NCBI RefSeq assembly: GCF_008831285.2
Contig: NC_045138.2
Coordinates: 4,154,001-4,218,000, forward strand
Source of the DNA: Nymphaea colorata
Lineage: Eukaryota
Direction of reading: 5' to 3'
DNA length: 64,000 nucleotides
Made by a program: the position numbers and the translations under genes. Within the stretch, counting starts at the first letter, position 1, and each line of letters begins with the position of its first letter. The notes beneath the pieces are model-generated. The model made no database searches. It had not been told where the DNA came from and saw only the letters and a list, made by a program, of their open reading frames with translations. Shown in pieces: positions 25,301 to 38,300 of this stretch.

Positions 25301-28300
25301 ATGAGGAGAATGACTTGGCAGTTGGCCAACAGGTGATTGATCAGTCTGCAACTCCACCTGCTCATTAACGTCCTTTTTTTTTATCCAGATGCAATTATCT
25401 TTCTCGTGGAATACATCTTAGATTCATTAAAAGTTACATTTCCTTCAATAATAATTCTAGGACTTTTGGAATCAGGACACCAAAACCTATATCCTTTTCT
25501 CCCTGAAGTATACTCGAGAAATATGCATTTCTTGGACTGAGGCTCAAGTTTCCCTTTATTAGAATATATGTACGTTGATCATCCAAAAATTCTTAAATGA
25601 AAAATAATTAATGGGCTTACCTAAGGATACTTCTTCTGGAATTTTAAAATTTAAAAGAGCAAAAGGAGAGTAGTTACTAGATATGTTGCTGTAGATACGA
25701 CTTCTGTCCAAAACTCTTTCTACAGATGTTCGCATTTAGCAGCATACATCATCGAGGTCCCTCTAAAAGAGTTCGATTCATATGCTCAACTACTCCATTT
25801 TGTTGTGAAGTTCCCTTCACAGTTCAATGTTGAGTGATTCCTACCTTCTTGTAGAAGGCTTCCAATTTGAGTGAGCAAAACTCAAGACCATTATATGTTC
25901 TCAACCGTTTCATTCTTTTACTTGTCTAGTTTTCAATAAGGGTCGTCCGCTGCTTAAAATAAGTCAAAGCTTCTAACTTCAACTTTAGAAAATAGACCCA
26001 GACTTTCTTTGGGAAGTCATCTATAAAGGTGAGTGCATAGCTTGCACCACCTTTAAATGGTACTCGAGAGGGACCTCATAAGTAAGAGTATACAATCCAA
26101 CGTACTCCCAGTGTACCTTTTGTGCGATGGATGATAGTGTCAAAGCTTACTCTCTGTTGCTTGCCAAGGATGTAGTACTTGTAAAACTCTGGCTTCCCGT
26201 TACTCTGACCATCAAGTAGCCATGCATGGAGAGTATGGTCAACCCTTTTTCACTCATGTGTCCTAACTTCGTATGCCACAACTTGGTATTATCTTGACTT
26301 GTTGTAGATGTCATGGCAGCTCCAGTAATTGTAGATCTGAGTAGCGTATATAGATTTCCAGATCTAGCCACTTTCATGAGGACCAAGACACCTTTGCTCT
26401 TTGCTGACTTTAAGAACTCCACGTTCTGTATACTGGCACCTTTTGACTCTAAACCACCAAGAAAGATGAGGTTTTTCATAAGTCCTACGACATGTCGAAC
26501 ATCTGTAAGCGTTTTGATTATGCCCTCGTGCATTGTAACTCTAACCGTTCTTTTCTAATATTTTGCATAATGAAACATTTCCCCTAAGAAGAGCTCTACC
26601 TTCAACCGATTCGTACGTAGAGAATCATTCTCTATGGGCCATGACATGGTAGGAACTGCTAGAATCAAGGATCTACTTATTAATCAATCACTTGGACATG
26701 GCAGCTAGTAGGACAAATTCATCTTCCTGTGCGATGTTGGATTTAGCAGGCTGCTCCTTTTCATTTTGCTTCTTCTTCCTGTCTATTAGTTTGTAGCACT
26801 CCTCTATTATATGACCTTTCTTCTTGCAATATTTGCAAAACTTGAATTTTTCTCTTGATTTGGTCCTTGATTTAGATCTAATATTTGTTTGCTTGCTCCC
26901 TAGGCCTTCTTCTTGCAGTCCAAGCTTCCGGTTGGCTTTGGGCTGATGTTTCAGTAAGCTCTTTATCCATAAACTCTTTAGAGAAAAGAGCTGCTTTCAC
27001 CTCTTCTATGGAAATCGTGTCTCTTCCAACACATATGGTCTCCCTAAAATTCTTATAAGAGGGTGGTAGCGAGCATAACAATATGACGGCCTGATCTTCA
27101 TCTTCAATCTTAACATCACAATTCTCTAGATCCATGATGATAGACTTAAACTCATCTAAATGAGCCTTTGAAGACACTTTCATTCATTCGGAGGGACCAT
27201 AACTTATGTTTTAATTTTTAAATAAAGCTTACTTGCGAGCATCTTAAATTTAGTTGACATTTTTTAACTCTAGTAGGACCAGCAGGATAAATGGATCATA
27301 TCGCAAACAGGTGTTTAAATATTCAGATCAGAGTATAGCCCAATGGGTTGGATTGGATCCAAAATAGAAAACAAGTAACCCAATTGCCCAAAAGGTCTGG
27401 ACCAAGTAAACTGGGCGGGATAAAAATGGATCTAATTAGGATCCAAAAAGAAAAGATCCAAAGCCAACCATTGGGTTGGGTTGGTCTGAATGGAAAGCAA
27501 TGTTGGACTAAAAAGAATTGATGTTGGTCCAACAATAATGGATTGGATTGTAAAATCTTGACCCAAATAACAAAAAAGGTTTTATTAGACTAGATCTTAA
27601 GAAAGAGTTGGACTAGATTAAAGAAAATCAAGACCTGTTAATGGCTCCATTGTGGGTAAAAAATACGGATTTAATAAATTATTAGAATCCAAATAAAAAA
27701 ACACTTTCACCCTTTTCTCTCTCCCTCATTCTCTCTCTCACCCTCTTCCCTTCCTTTTTCCCTCTCTCATCCTCTTCTTTTCCTTTTCCTCTCTGCACGT
27801 GTGATGGCCCCTCTTTTACATATTTTCTCTTCATTTTTTCTAATTATTTTTTCTCTCTCCTTTACATTTTCCTCTTGTGATGGCAGCTCTTACCTTTTTC
27901 TCTTCTCACCTTGTTATTTCTCTTCCTCCATTGCTTCCTCTTTGCCTTTCTTCATTCACCATAGAAACACCATGAGACTGACAAACACTACAAGCAATGG
28001 ACAGCCAATGGTTTGATGGTCTCCGGTGGTGCGAGAAGTGGAACGCCTGGCAGAGGACACACAATGAATGACCGGCGTATAGGTGTGGCTCCAGTGAATG
28101 AAACTGCAGCGGACAAGGTGAACTATGACAAGGCAAAAAAAAAAAAGCTGTTTATGTGTTTTCAATAATTATCGATGGAGTAAGAGGCCTGCATCGGATG
28201 TAGAGCAGCAATGGTGCCAATAGGAAAGAAAAGGACCATGATGTCGGACGAGGGAAAATAGGGCACTAGAAGAAGAAAAAGCTATGGTACCAGTTTTTTA

Positions 28301-29362
28301 GGGTATTGAGCAGAGGAAGGGAGAAGAAAGAACAATTCTATTGATGAAGAAGGAGATTAGAAGAGGAGATGATTACAAATGAGGGGAAGAGAACTACACT
28401 GCATTGCTCAACTGGGGAAGCTCTAAACCTATTTATATAGTGACTAGGATCATTCTAGATGTGATTAATCGCTAGGTAGGTGAGTTTATCATTATTGTAG
28501 GTTGGTGTTGGAAGTAGTGAGTCTAGAGTTCTCTACATTAATGTTTATCTGGACACTTCTCTAATAATGATTGTAAAAGAATATATATGTACATAAGATT
28601 ATATGATTGTAGATGTCTGCATATGCAGTATGTTGACATACATATATATTATATGTGCACATATGTATTTGTTTTTTAACAGTTTTATCATCAAGCCGAA
28701 TCTCTATAATTGTGTTTAAGTTTTTTGAGAAAGAGCAGAATTGGTTCATCTTTGCAACAGAATGTCTGTTTTTTGCTTCTTCTATCCCGCAGTTATGTAC
28801 TCATCATAACTCTCAAGTCCATGCATCTAATTCAAGTGTTGTATTCTTCTGGTTTTTTGTGTTTCTTAAGATTAAGTACTTCTGTCAGAATTTGGTTTGG
28901 TATTTGCTTGTAACCTTATTCAACAATTTGCAAGTTTGTGTCATATTGCACTTTCTCATTGCCTTTTGGTATCTCTGGTTGAATGCCAAATTTCTTTTTG
29001 GACTCCAGGCAGGCCAAAGAAGCCATAAAAGCAATCAAGAAGCGTCTTGGAAATAAAAATTCTAAAATACAAATTCTTGCTCTTACTGTGAGTATTTTCT
29101 CCCTTTTGTATTCGCTCATTTGTTTATTATCAGTTAATTGACTGAATAAAGGCTTCCTATGTTTTGTATTTTGCGACAGAGTATTTAGATATGTGGCTAA
29201 GTTGGATGATCAGCAGTAGATTGTAGCTAGGGCTGCAGACAAGCTGTCACAACTTGTGCTCAAGTGAGCCCAGAACTTGTTGACCATACTCCATCAGAAG
29301 GTCAACAACTGGGTAGCTCTGTCCTACCTGTTAGTGCATGGCCAACCTTAACACACACACAC

Positions 29363-29399
<37 letters not shown>

Positions 29400-32300
29400 A
29401 AAACCCTGTGACTCAGGATTGAACTAGGAGGCAATTGCGCTTGTGACTCAGCCTGGTTTTCAATTCATTTTTCGAGAATATTGATATACGTATAACGGCA
29501 CTTTAAGCACATTATAACATTGATGTATGATATACTAGTGGTCTAGTATTATAATATATATGTATATATAGAATGAAAATGTTCTTAATATATTTGTTAC
29601 AATTTTTATAGTCAGAAAAGCACCTGGGCAGGTCTTTCTGACTAGACTGGGTGGCCTAGGTACCTAGATAAAAAAAATGTTTTACTTTTTTCTCCTATGT
29701 TCTTCTAGTTTTACCTTTTTCATTCTTCTTCCTTTCCTTTTTGACCTATTTTCCTTTTTATTTTTCTGTTCCTTCTACTTCTCCTTCTTGTCAAATTCCC
29801 CTTCATATACTGTTTTTGGACCCACCTAAGCGCTGGCTAGGCCTTTCTGGAGGGTCACTGCCTAGGGCCCCTAGCGCTTTTGATTACTAGGCTACAACTA
29901 AAGCATTACTAATTTACTATATGTATATGCATCATTTATGTGTAATATAGAGTGAAACTTTGGAAGAAGATGTAAACCCACCCATGATATTTAATGTCAT
30001 TTGCATAGCATGTTTGTGTAACATACATTATACACATTATGTATGCATGAATGACTCACTAACTGGGACTTGGGCTTGCTCAAAAAAATTTGCCTGATTT
30101 GGGATAAACTCCGGTGACTTGGCATGGTCATTCCCTAACCCATCTGAGCCTTGTTAATAACTTAATTCCTAGTTTTCCCTTTCCTTTGTCCAGGTTGGGA
30201 AAATGAGTACTGGTCAGCCTAGTCAACTTAGTTAGCAAGGCTTAGTTTCTAAGAACTGGCCATCTGTGCTTCAAAATGAAAATGTTCTGCTTCAGTTTAT
30301 ATGACTGTTGGCTCTTCTAAAGCATGCAATGTTACGTAATTTTTAAGTTTGGGAACTTGATAGTTTTTGGTAACATGTAAAGCTACACAAAGTTAAAGAT
30401 AATACATTTGGTCTACGATCCTTTATTACTTAGGGCAGGATCACAATCAAAATAAGATAAAACTGAATTATGACTTGATTGGGCTTAAATGGGTCCTTTG
30501 GTCCAAAATTGAAGATGGCTCCTAGTTTGCTGGTCCTGGTCGGGCTCCATCTATCTGTTTGATTTTGATCCTGCTAAACAGTTAAAGTGTTGGGTGAGCA
30601 TGGGACAGGCCAGTCTTGAACTGAGATTGAACCTGAGTCATTTATGAACACACTTGGTTCTAGCATTATAAAGAAGAAGATATTTCATTCCACTTGTTTG
30701 GATAGAATTACCAGGTCTCATCAAACAAGTACTACTGAAAATCAAAGAACTCAAAGCAAATAAGCCTCAAAACTTATCACTCATCTCTTACTAGGTGTTT
30801 GTCACAGTGCAACCTGTTTTAACAGGCTGTGATCATTGTAAGATGGTACTAGCAGTTTACCAATAGAAAAACAACTGATGATGCATATGATGGCACATAA
30901 TAACTCTTTGGTTTTCCTTCTGTGGACTCAATTACTGCAGATGAGTGAATTATTTGAAATAGCCTATGCATCACATGTTATCAATTAGTTTAAAACTTTT
31001 ATGCTGGTTTTCAAGCCCATCTAGTGCCTTCTTGGCTGGTATGTTTTACATTTTCGAGCAGTTAGATGGGCCAAAAATAAATAATGATGATAGTGGTGAT
31101 TTCCCTGTGTCTTGGACTCTACACTGTTTACTTTTTACTGGGTCTTGGTGTAGATATCTGGTCTCTTTAGGTCTACAAGAGCCATTTATTGCTTGCAGCC
31201 CGTATGTAAATGTTCTCGCATGTGTGAAGTCCTAGTGCCTTTATGTATGGATTGACTCTAAGACTGATGTACACTTTTGGTCGTGCCCTAGGGCTATGAT
31301 CTACTGCATTCTGGGCACAAATTGTGAATGAAAGTAAAGTGGTTAGTAGCTAATTTTTTGTTCACTCTCACCACAATATTATGACAGCTTATAGTTTTCC
31401 TTTCTCCCTCTCTTGCATTCATTAACTTGTGTTCTTCAAAGCTTCCATGAAATGCAAACTGCACAATTGTGATCAAAAGCTTGTCGCGTTCAGTTAGGAC
31501 CTTCAACACCATACAGGCTGAAGGAAGATTGGCCTAAGAGAGTGATGATATTAATTAAAGATAAGAACAAAAACATGACCAAGAATATAGTGATGGTGAG
31601 GATAAGATAGGGGTTTGGTGCATTAAGCCCATAATTTTGCATTTAGGGAATTCTCAGATTTTGGTGTGATGGATATGAGATGGCAGCATGCGATGCCACC
31701 ACAGCCTGTCATGTCTGAGAATTGAGTTCTTTGAAATGTGACCTTAGTGTGTATCATAGACACAGATTTCACATTGTTAAAAAAAGAACAAGCAATCTTG
31801 ACATTGAAAAGAAAAGAAAGAACAAATGTTGAAGAGAAACATTTTTTGAAAAGAACATGAAAATAAATTTATTTCATTTTTATCTTGCTTTTCCGTTTTC
31901 TCTTTTTTTTTTTCCATTAATATATTATCATGGATTCAACTTTAAACTTAAATAGATTGTTTATCATTATCAAGACATTATTTTTATCATTTTGCCTAGT
32001 TAGTTTTTTATAACTTCTTATTAGTGTCCCATTTATTTTATTTTTACCTAATTTTTAGTTTTTTTTTTTAATTTTGCCAAGACTTTCTTGTGGAAAACAA
32101 CTTTACTGAAAAATACCCGAGGAAAATCTTGCCATATCAAGAACAGTATTTATGGCTAGGGTGTGTGCGTAACATAATGGTTTTTTTATGATGAATATCT
32201 TTTGCAGTTATTGGAAACAATTAGCAAGAACTGTGGAGACTATGCTCATTCTCAAATTGTTGAGCGCGATATTTTGCCTGAAATGGTGAAAATAGTTAAG

Positions 32301-35300
32301 AAGAAGGTGATATCTCTCACTGATGATTTCTAGTTTGTGTTTCCGTGTTGGCTCTTTGATTAAAATGTAGTGCTTTTCTGTAATTTTTTATGTTATGCAG
32401 CCAGATTTGCATGTAAAGGAACAGATATTATCTCTTCTGGACACATGGCAGGAAGCTTTTGGAGGTCATGGTGGAAAGTATCCACAATTCTATGCTGCTT
32501 ATATGGAACTCAAAGTACTAAGTCTCCAACACTGACATCCACTTTTACATGCTTTTTCTTATGATGGTTTAACCATGTGAAACTTTACTCTTCTGGTGGG
32601 ATCGATTTGTTTATCTATATTTCTCCTTCATGGTTTATGCAAGTTGTCTTGTGGTCTTTTGTTGGTTGTTTCTTTTTTTTTTTCTGGGTCTGAGGGTTTG
32701 GAGGGGGGGGTTGTAGTTTCTTGTAGAGAAGGATTTAAAGAGGGCCACACATTCAAGTTATGTTGTTCATACTAGTTATCCAAGGTAGTTATTTCAATCA
32801 TGTTGCATTGATTACCCTCTCCTGTTCTGAAAGGTTGTATGGATACTGAGACAAAAAAAAGTCATTTTTCATCTCGTTTCAAAGTAACAGTTTCTAGATT
32901 TTAATGATCATTTCTTTCAGAATGGTCGTTCAAAAAGCATGACATTTGTAAGGTACCAAATTTCATAGGGATCTTCAAGGCATTAGTTTGTAAAGAATGC
33001 TATTTTCTGTGACTCTGAATTATGCTCACATGATTGAACTTTTCTGGAAGCTAAACAATCTTGACACTTTAATTAATTATGATGCAGAACACACACACCT
33101 GAGCTTTTTCTCAATCACGCTGCACTCAAGTTTAAAACTTTGTGATGTTAGTCTGAGGTTTCAAATCATGCAACAGACTTAAATGCTCAAGTATCTTCAC
33201 AAAGTTGCTTAAGATTTTATACCTGGTGAATCAAAAGGCAAGCTCTGAAAGAGAGATGAAGGCTTTGATGTTGACTTCATTTTAAATATCTTTATGGCTA
33301 AGTGATGTCAAAAGATGATTTTGATTTGGATTGCAGAATGCTGGGATAGATTTTCCTCCACGAGTAGAAAATGCAGTGCCTCTATTTACACCTCCACAAT
33401 CCCAGCCTGTAGTACCAACCTCATCTCATGTATCAAGATACGAAGAGTCAACTGTCATGACATCCATGCCATCTGATGCGTCTGATCTCAGGTACAATCC
33501 TAGTTACACCTTGCATGCCTTACCTGTCAAAGGCCTTTCTGTTTTTGAACTTTGAAGGTGCAATCCTTTTCTTACTGCATAGCTGTTTAGGCTCAGATGC
33601 TGTTTTTTCCTTTTTCAATATGTTTTTTTGTGTGTGTGATCTTTTTTTTCTTCAACATAGAGTCATAGACATTGTAAGAAAATTTGTCAACTATGTGGTT
33701 GTGAACGTATATAATTGTCATCCCTTTAATCCTTTTCCAATTTGTTTCATGCTGAGTTTTTTTCCAAGGAGCCCACAGGATTTGGACACAGATATCAGTG
33801 TTTGATTGATATTTCACTATGCAAGGAGTGTTAGAAGCTGCAATGAGTGTTGAGTGCATGGTGTTAGGCAGTTTAGAAATGGGTTACTCTTTAATTCCAA
33901 TTAAATCCATAAATAGTTCTTATTTTCTTGTGCAAAATGAAGCACATTGAAAAAATTACAAACAACCACTCAATATTTGTGCCATTAACAAATGAATGCC
34001 CAACTTTTCAGGGCTCACAAATGTGCACTGAAGTTTTCCCTGTATTTCTCAAATTACCTCTTATAATAAAAAAATATGAAGCTAAAGGCATATTTTTTAC
34101 CATTGTCAAAAAAAATGTGTACGGGTATTATACGGCGAGGAAAAAGATAGGTATAATACGGCAAAGTTATATATCTCGGGAATAAAACGGAAAAAAGACA
34201 GCAAATTTTTAAAAAATAATTAAATAATCCTGATAATTATATAAAAATAAAGTACATGAGAAATGAAAAAAAAACATTGAAAAATGACTAGATAAGCAAC
34301 AAATTAAAATTAGATAGTGAAAACTAACAATTCAGAACTCACTAATTATGAGACCCTTCGCTCATCTGGAGCCTTCTGAACCAGACCTTATTAGAGCAGG
34401 ACACAGAAATACTGCCCTACACATTGTGATCAGGTTGCCAGAAGAATTCCTCGTGATTCCAATTAACAGTATGAAAAATGAGCCTCCAACACTCTAACAA
34501 CCAATTGGTTAAGCCAACTTCTGTTCCCACTAAGACGACACCCAAGGATATCCCCATGTGGATATCACACAAGAAGAAGCCAGCAACAGAATAATCGCAA
34601 CAAAAAATTTATCTTGATGTTGCAAATTACAGAAAATATGGGAACTTGCTTATTGCTATTGTAACTGTAATGACTGTATAAAATCTAGGGAAAGGAAAAT
34701 CAAAACTCGAGAGTGAGAATCATGAGTCATTTTCTCATGGATGTTCGTTCATAATAGATGCAAACAACACAGAGCCCTCTCACCATTAATGCTCGACTAA
34801 CCAACAAATAACATAATAAAAGTAAAGAGTTAAACTGTTGTAAAACAGAGCCCTCTCACTGCTTGTCCGTCCGGCGACTCCCCTTTTCAGTCGAATGAAT
34901 GAGAACGAGAAGGAGACGAAGGAGAGGACAGCGATTTCGTCAGCCTCTGGCGACTCCCGTCGACCCCTCTCACCGCTCGTCCGTCTGGCATCCCCTCTTC
35001 AATCGAATGCCCTCGAATGAGAAGGAGAAGGAGACGAAGGAGAGGATCGATTTTGTTTTTAAGTTTTTAACCTAAGCTCTCTTTTCTTATCTAAAAATAC
35101 ATTTTTGCCATTAAAAGGGATGATCAAGTTTAAAAGAAAACCAACTTTTCATAAAAATTACACGTTGTGCCATTTTTTTTACTCGTGCCTTCAAAAAAAG
35201 GTGAAAGAAGTGTATAAGACGCGTTTTATATGCTTTTTTATTTTTTTCAAAAAAACGCGTCTTATTCCCATTTTATTCGCTGGAAGAGTTTTTGGTGAAT

Positions 35301-38300
35301 AATACGTTTTTTTTTTACAATGTTTTTTACAAGATTACCCCTCTTGAAAACAAAATATCTAAATAAATAAAAAATATAAAAACAAATAAAATTGTTGTTC
35401 ATGGTGCCTCGCTGACAGCAACCCTCGCCAGATAGTGAGGGTTGGTCCTCATTGTCTACAATGATTTTTTTTTATTATATTATTTATTTATTTAAATATT
35501 TTGTTTTTAACAGGGGCAACCCTCTGTTTCATGTTTTTTTATTGGAAGCTTTGGTTGAAGAAATATAGGTAAAACTTGGTCAGACGTGTTAGCCCTGAAA
35601 GTTTAGGTGGTGATTTGTGAATGGTCCAAACGCTGAGCAGCTGTTTGTAATTTTTACATGTATAAACTATGGAAAGTACTTTATTTTGGATGTGAGGCAG
35701 ATGCCTTGTCGTGATTTTCAATTTTTCAAGTCTGTATTTATGTAGATTTTTTTTAACAATGTTGATAAGACTGTACTTTTATGTAGAATATAGAGTATAG
35801 AGGTGCTTGCTGGAGAATAAATTGTCATTGGACGTAATTGAGGACTCTCAGGTCCAAAATCAATCTGGGCCTATTTCCACATGCTGCTAATAGACAAGGA
35901 AAAAAAAATTACAAAGAATAAGATGAAATGGTCTAAAATGGTTGTGATAGATGGAGACTATAGTAGTGCTGGAGCATCTGCATTTCCAATGGTAGACTAC
36001 ATATTTGCTATGAATATCTGGGAATAGTGACATCTTTTATATTTGCTGCTGGGAAACCATGACATCCAGAGTTGATCAACTGCTTTTTTTTCTAATATTT
36101 CTCCAAATACACAAATAGTATTTGAAGTTTTTATTGAATGTAAGCTGAGCAAACTGATAATTTAAATTCAATAAAAATAAGATTAATTATTTAGAATATA
36201 AATTTGCTATGATAATAAAGTTTGTTTGTGGTTCCAAATAATGATTCCTAGGATTAGTGTTGCTAATATCAGTATGTTTTGGCCAGTAAGCATAGTATTG
36301 GCTTCTTGCTGATACAAGGTAGTGCCTGTATGGATTTATATTCTTTTTTCTATTTGTAATCAATTTAAAATGATTTAGAATATTTTTTAATTAAAAAATA
36401 ACAAGGGAAATACATGCTAATACAAAATGATATGTATCATTGACCAAACCAGTATGTGGCAATATCCATATTCAACATTGCTTTGGATGTTCATTGCAAT
36501 AAAGAGGTTGTAGTTGTGTTTAATTGATGTTGACATTGTATTAAAATAGCATGCACATGATAAAATAACTAGTTAACGTGCACATAATAAACAAATAGAA
36601 GGTAGTAAATGTGATTTATTTAGGGAAAAAGAGGACTTTGTTAAACTTCTATTCAGTAAGTTCAGTAATGCTGGCATGCCATGCTGAAGTTGAACAAAAT
36701 GGCATCAGTTTCACTAAAGAAATGGAAGTTTTACATTCAACAATATCTTGAGCCATAAAGAACCTTTTAGAATTCTTGTATTTGAACTGATAAAATTCTA
36801 ATCATGTCAATATATGGATAGATTCTTCTTACAAAGCATATATCTTTTGTGAATACTGTATAACTGTCATTTGTGCGATTAGTTGTAGAACCATTAATCA
36901 GTACTTCCTGTTCCTTCTTTTATTATTTATGATTCCCCAGGCAGGAGCGCTGAAAAAATTGCTGGTCTCTTTTTCACTTTTAATTTCTTGCAATCTAATT
37001 GCCGTCATCTTGAAACTTTGTCTTCCAATACCATTTAAGCTTTCTTCAGGTCTTGTAGAATGTGGTATATCACCATTGAAGCCTAATAGTCTATTTCTTA
37101 TCTTTTTTTCTGTTTGTGTCAATTAAGTTTTATGCTATATGAAATTAGTGGGCCAGTGGCTCTTTCTAATGTGATCTGTTATTGTTCATTCAAGGAGCTT
37201 GTATTTGACTGTGTTGTCCCTATATCATAATGTAGTTTGGCAGAAATTCAAAATGCTAAAGGAATAGCTGATGTACTAATGGAGATGCTTACTGCATTGG
37301 ATCCTCGTAATCCTGAGGTAGGATTAGCTCCCAATCATGTCAATTTTTTCTTTAAATTTTCTTGGTTTGTTGCCAATCCAACTATTTACTCAAATACCAA
37401 TGGGTTCAAAGTGCTACTCTTTGGATGTACACTAGTACACTTCTGTTTGGTAGTGTTGACTTTTCTTGTGCTTTTAATGATATTATTGGAGGCACTGAAG
37501 CTGATGCATATATGGATATAGTTGTTCTTTAACTGAAGAAAAAATAAACTTCATTAAGGCTGGGTTTGGGTCTGAGTTCTATGATTATGTGCTCAAATGG
37601 TCACTCTAGTTGAGGCCCAGCACAAACTTGTGGGTGGACCAAGTTCTTTGAAATTCCTTGAAAACGTAGAAGTGAGAGCGTGCACATCTCGACATAATTG
37701 CAAGGTAAGTAAATTTTGGTTCTGTAACCTCCTAACTCCTGTTGTTGGCTTCAACCTGACTGTCTAACTATGTGTGTTATTGGTGAAACATCCAACCAAA
37801 CTCCATGAAACCCCTTCTATGTATCTCAAGCATTAAGATGCTGCCGCAAGATTTGAATGTCAAGCAGGTGTGGCGATGTGTTAGAAAATGTATATAATTA
37901 TATATATATATATATGTAGATACACACACACACACTTATTTTACTTATCTATGTATTATTATTATACATGTATGCATACCTAAGCATGTACATATGTGTA
38001 TGAAGTAATAGCTATCTATATGTATATGCAATGTTATAAAAGGCGTAGTGTATAGCGTATCGCATATCGGTCAGGCCGACCTATACGCCGTATCATAACG
38101 TATGGCAAACGTAGCGTAACGTATCGTAAAATTAATTTTTTAATTGAAAAAAATATTTAACGTATCGATAATATCTCCCCAAATCGATGAATCCTCGGTT
38201 ATTTTTGATGAAAATGGGAAAAATCTCTCCCTTCCACGTCTTTTGGAGTCTTTAAATACAAGAAGAAAGAGAGGGAGGAGTGTTTAAAATTTTAAAAATT

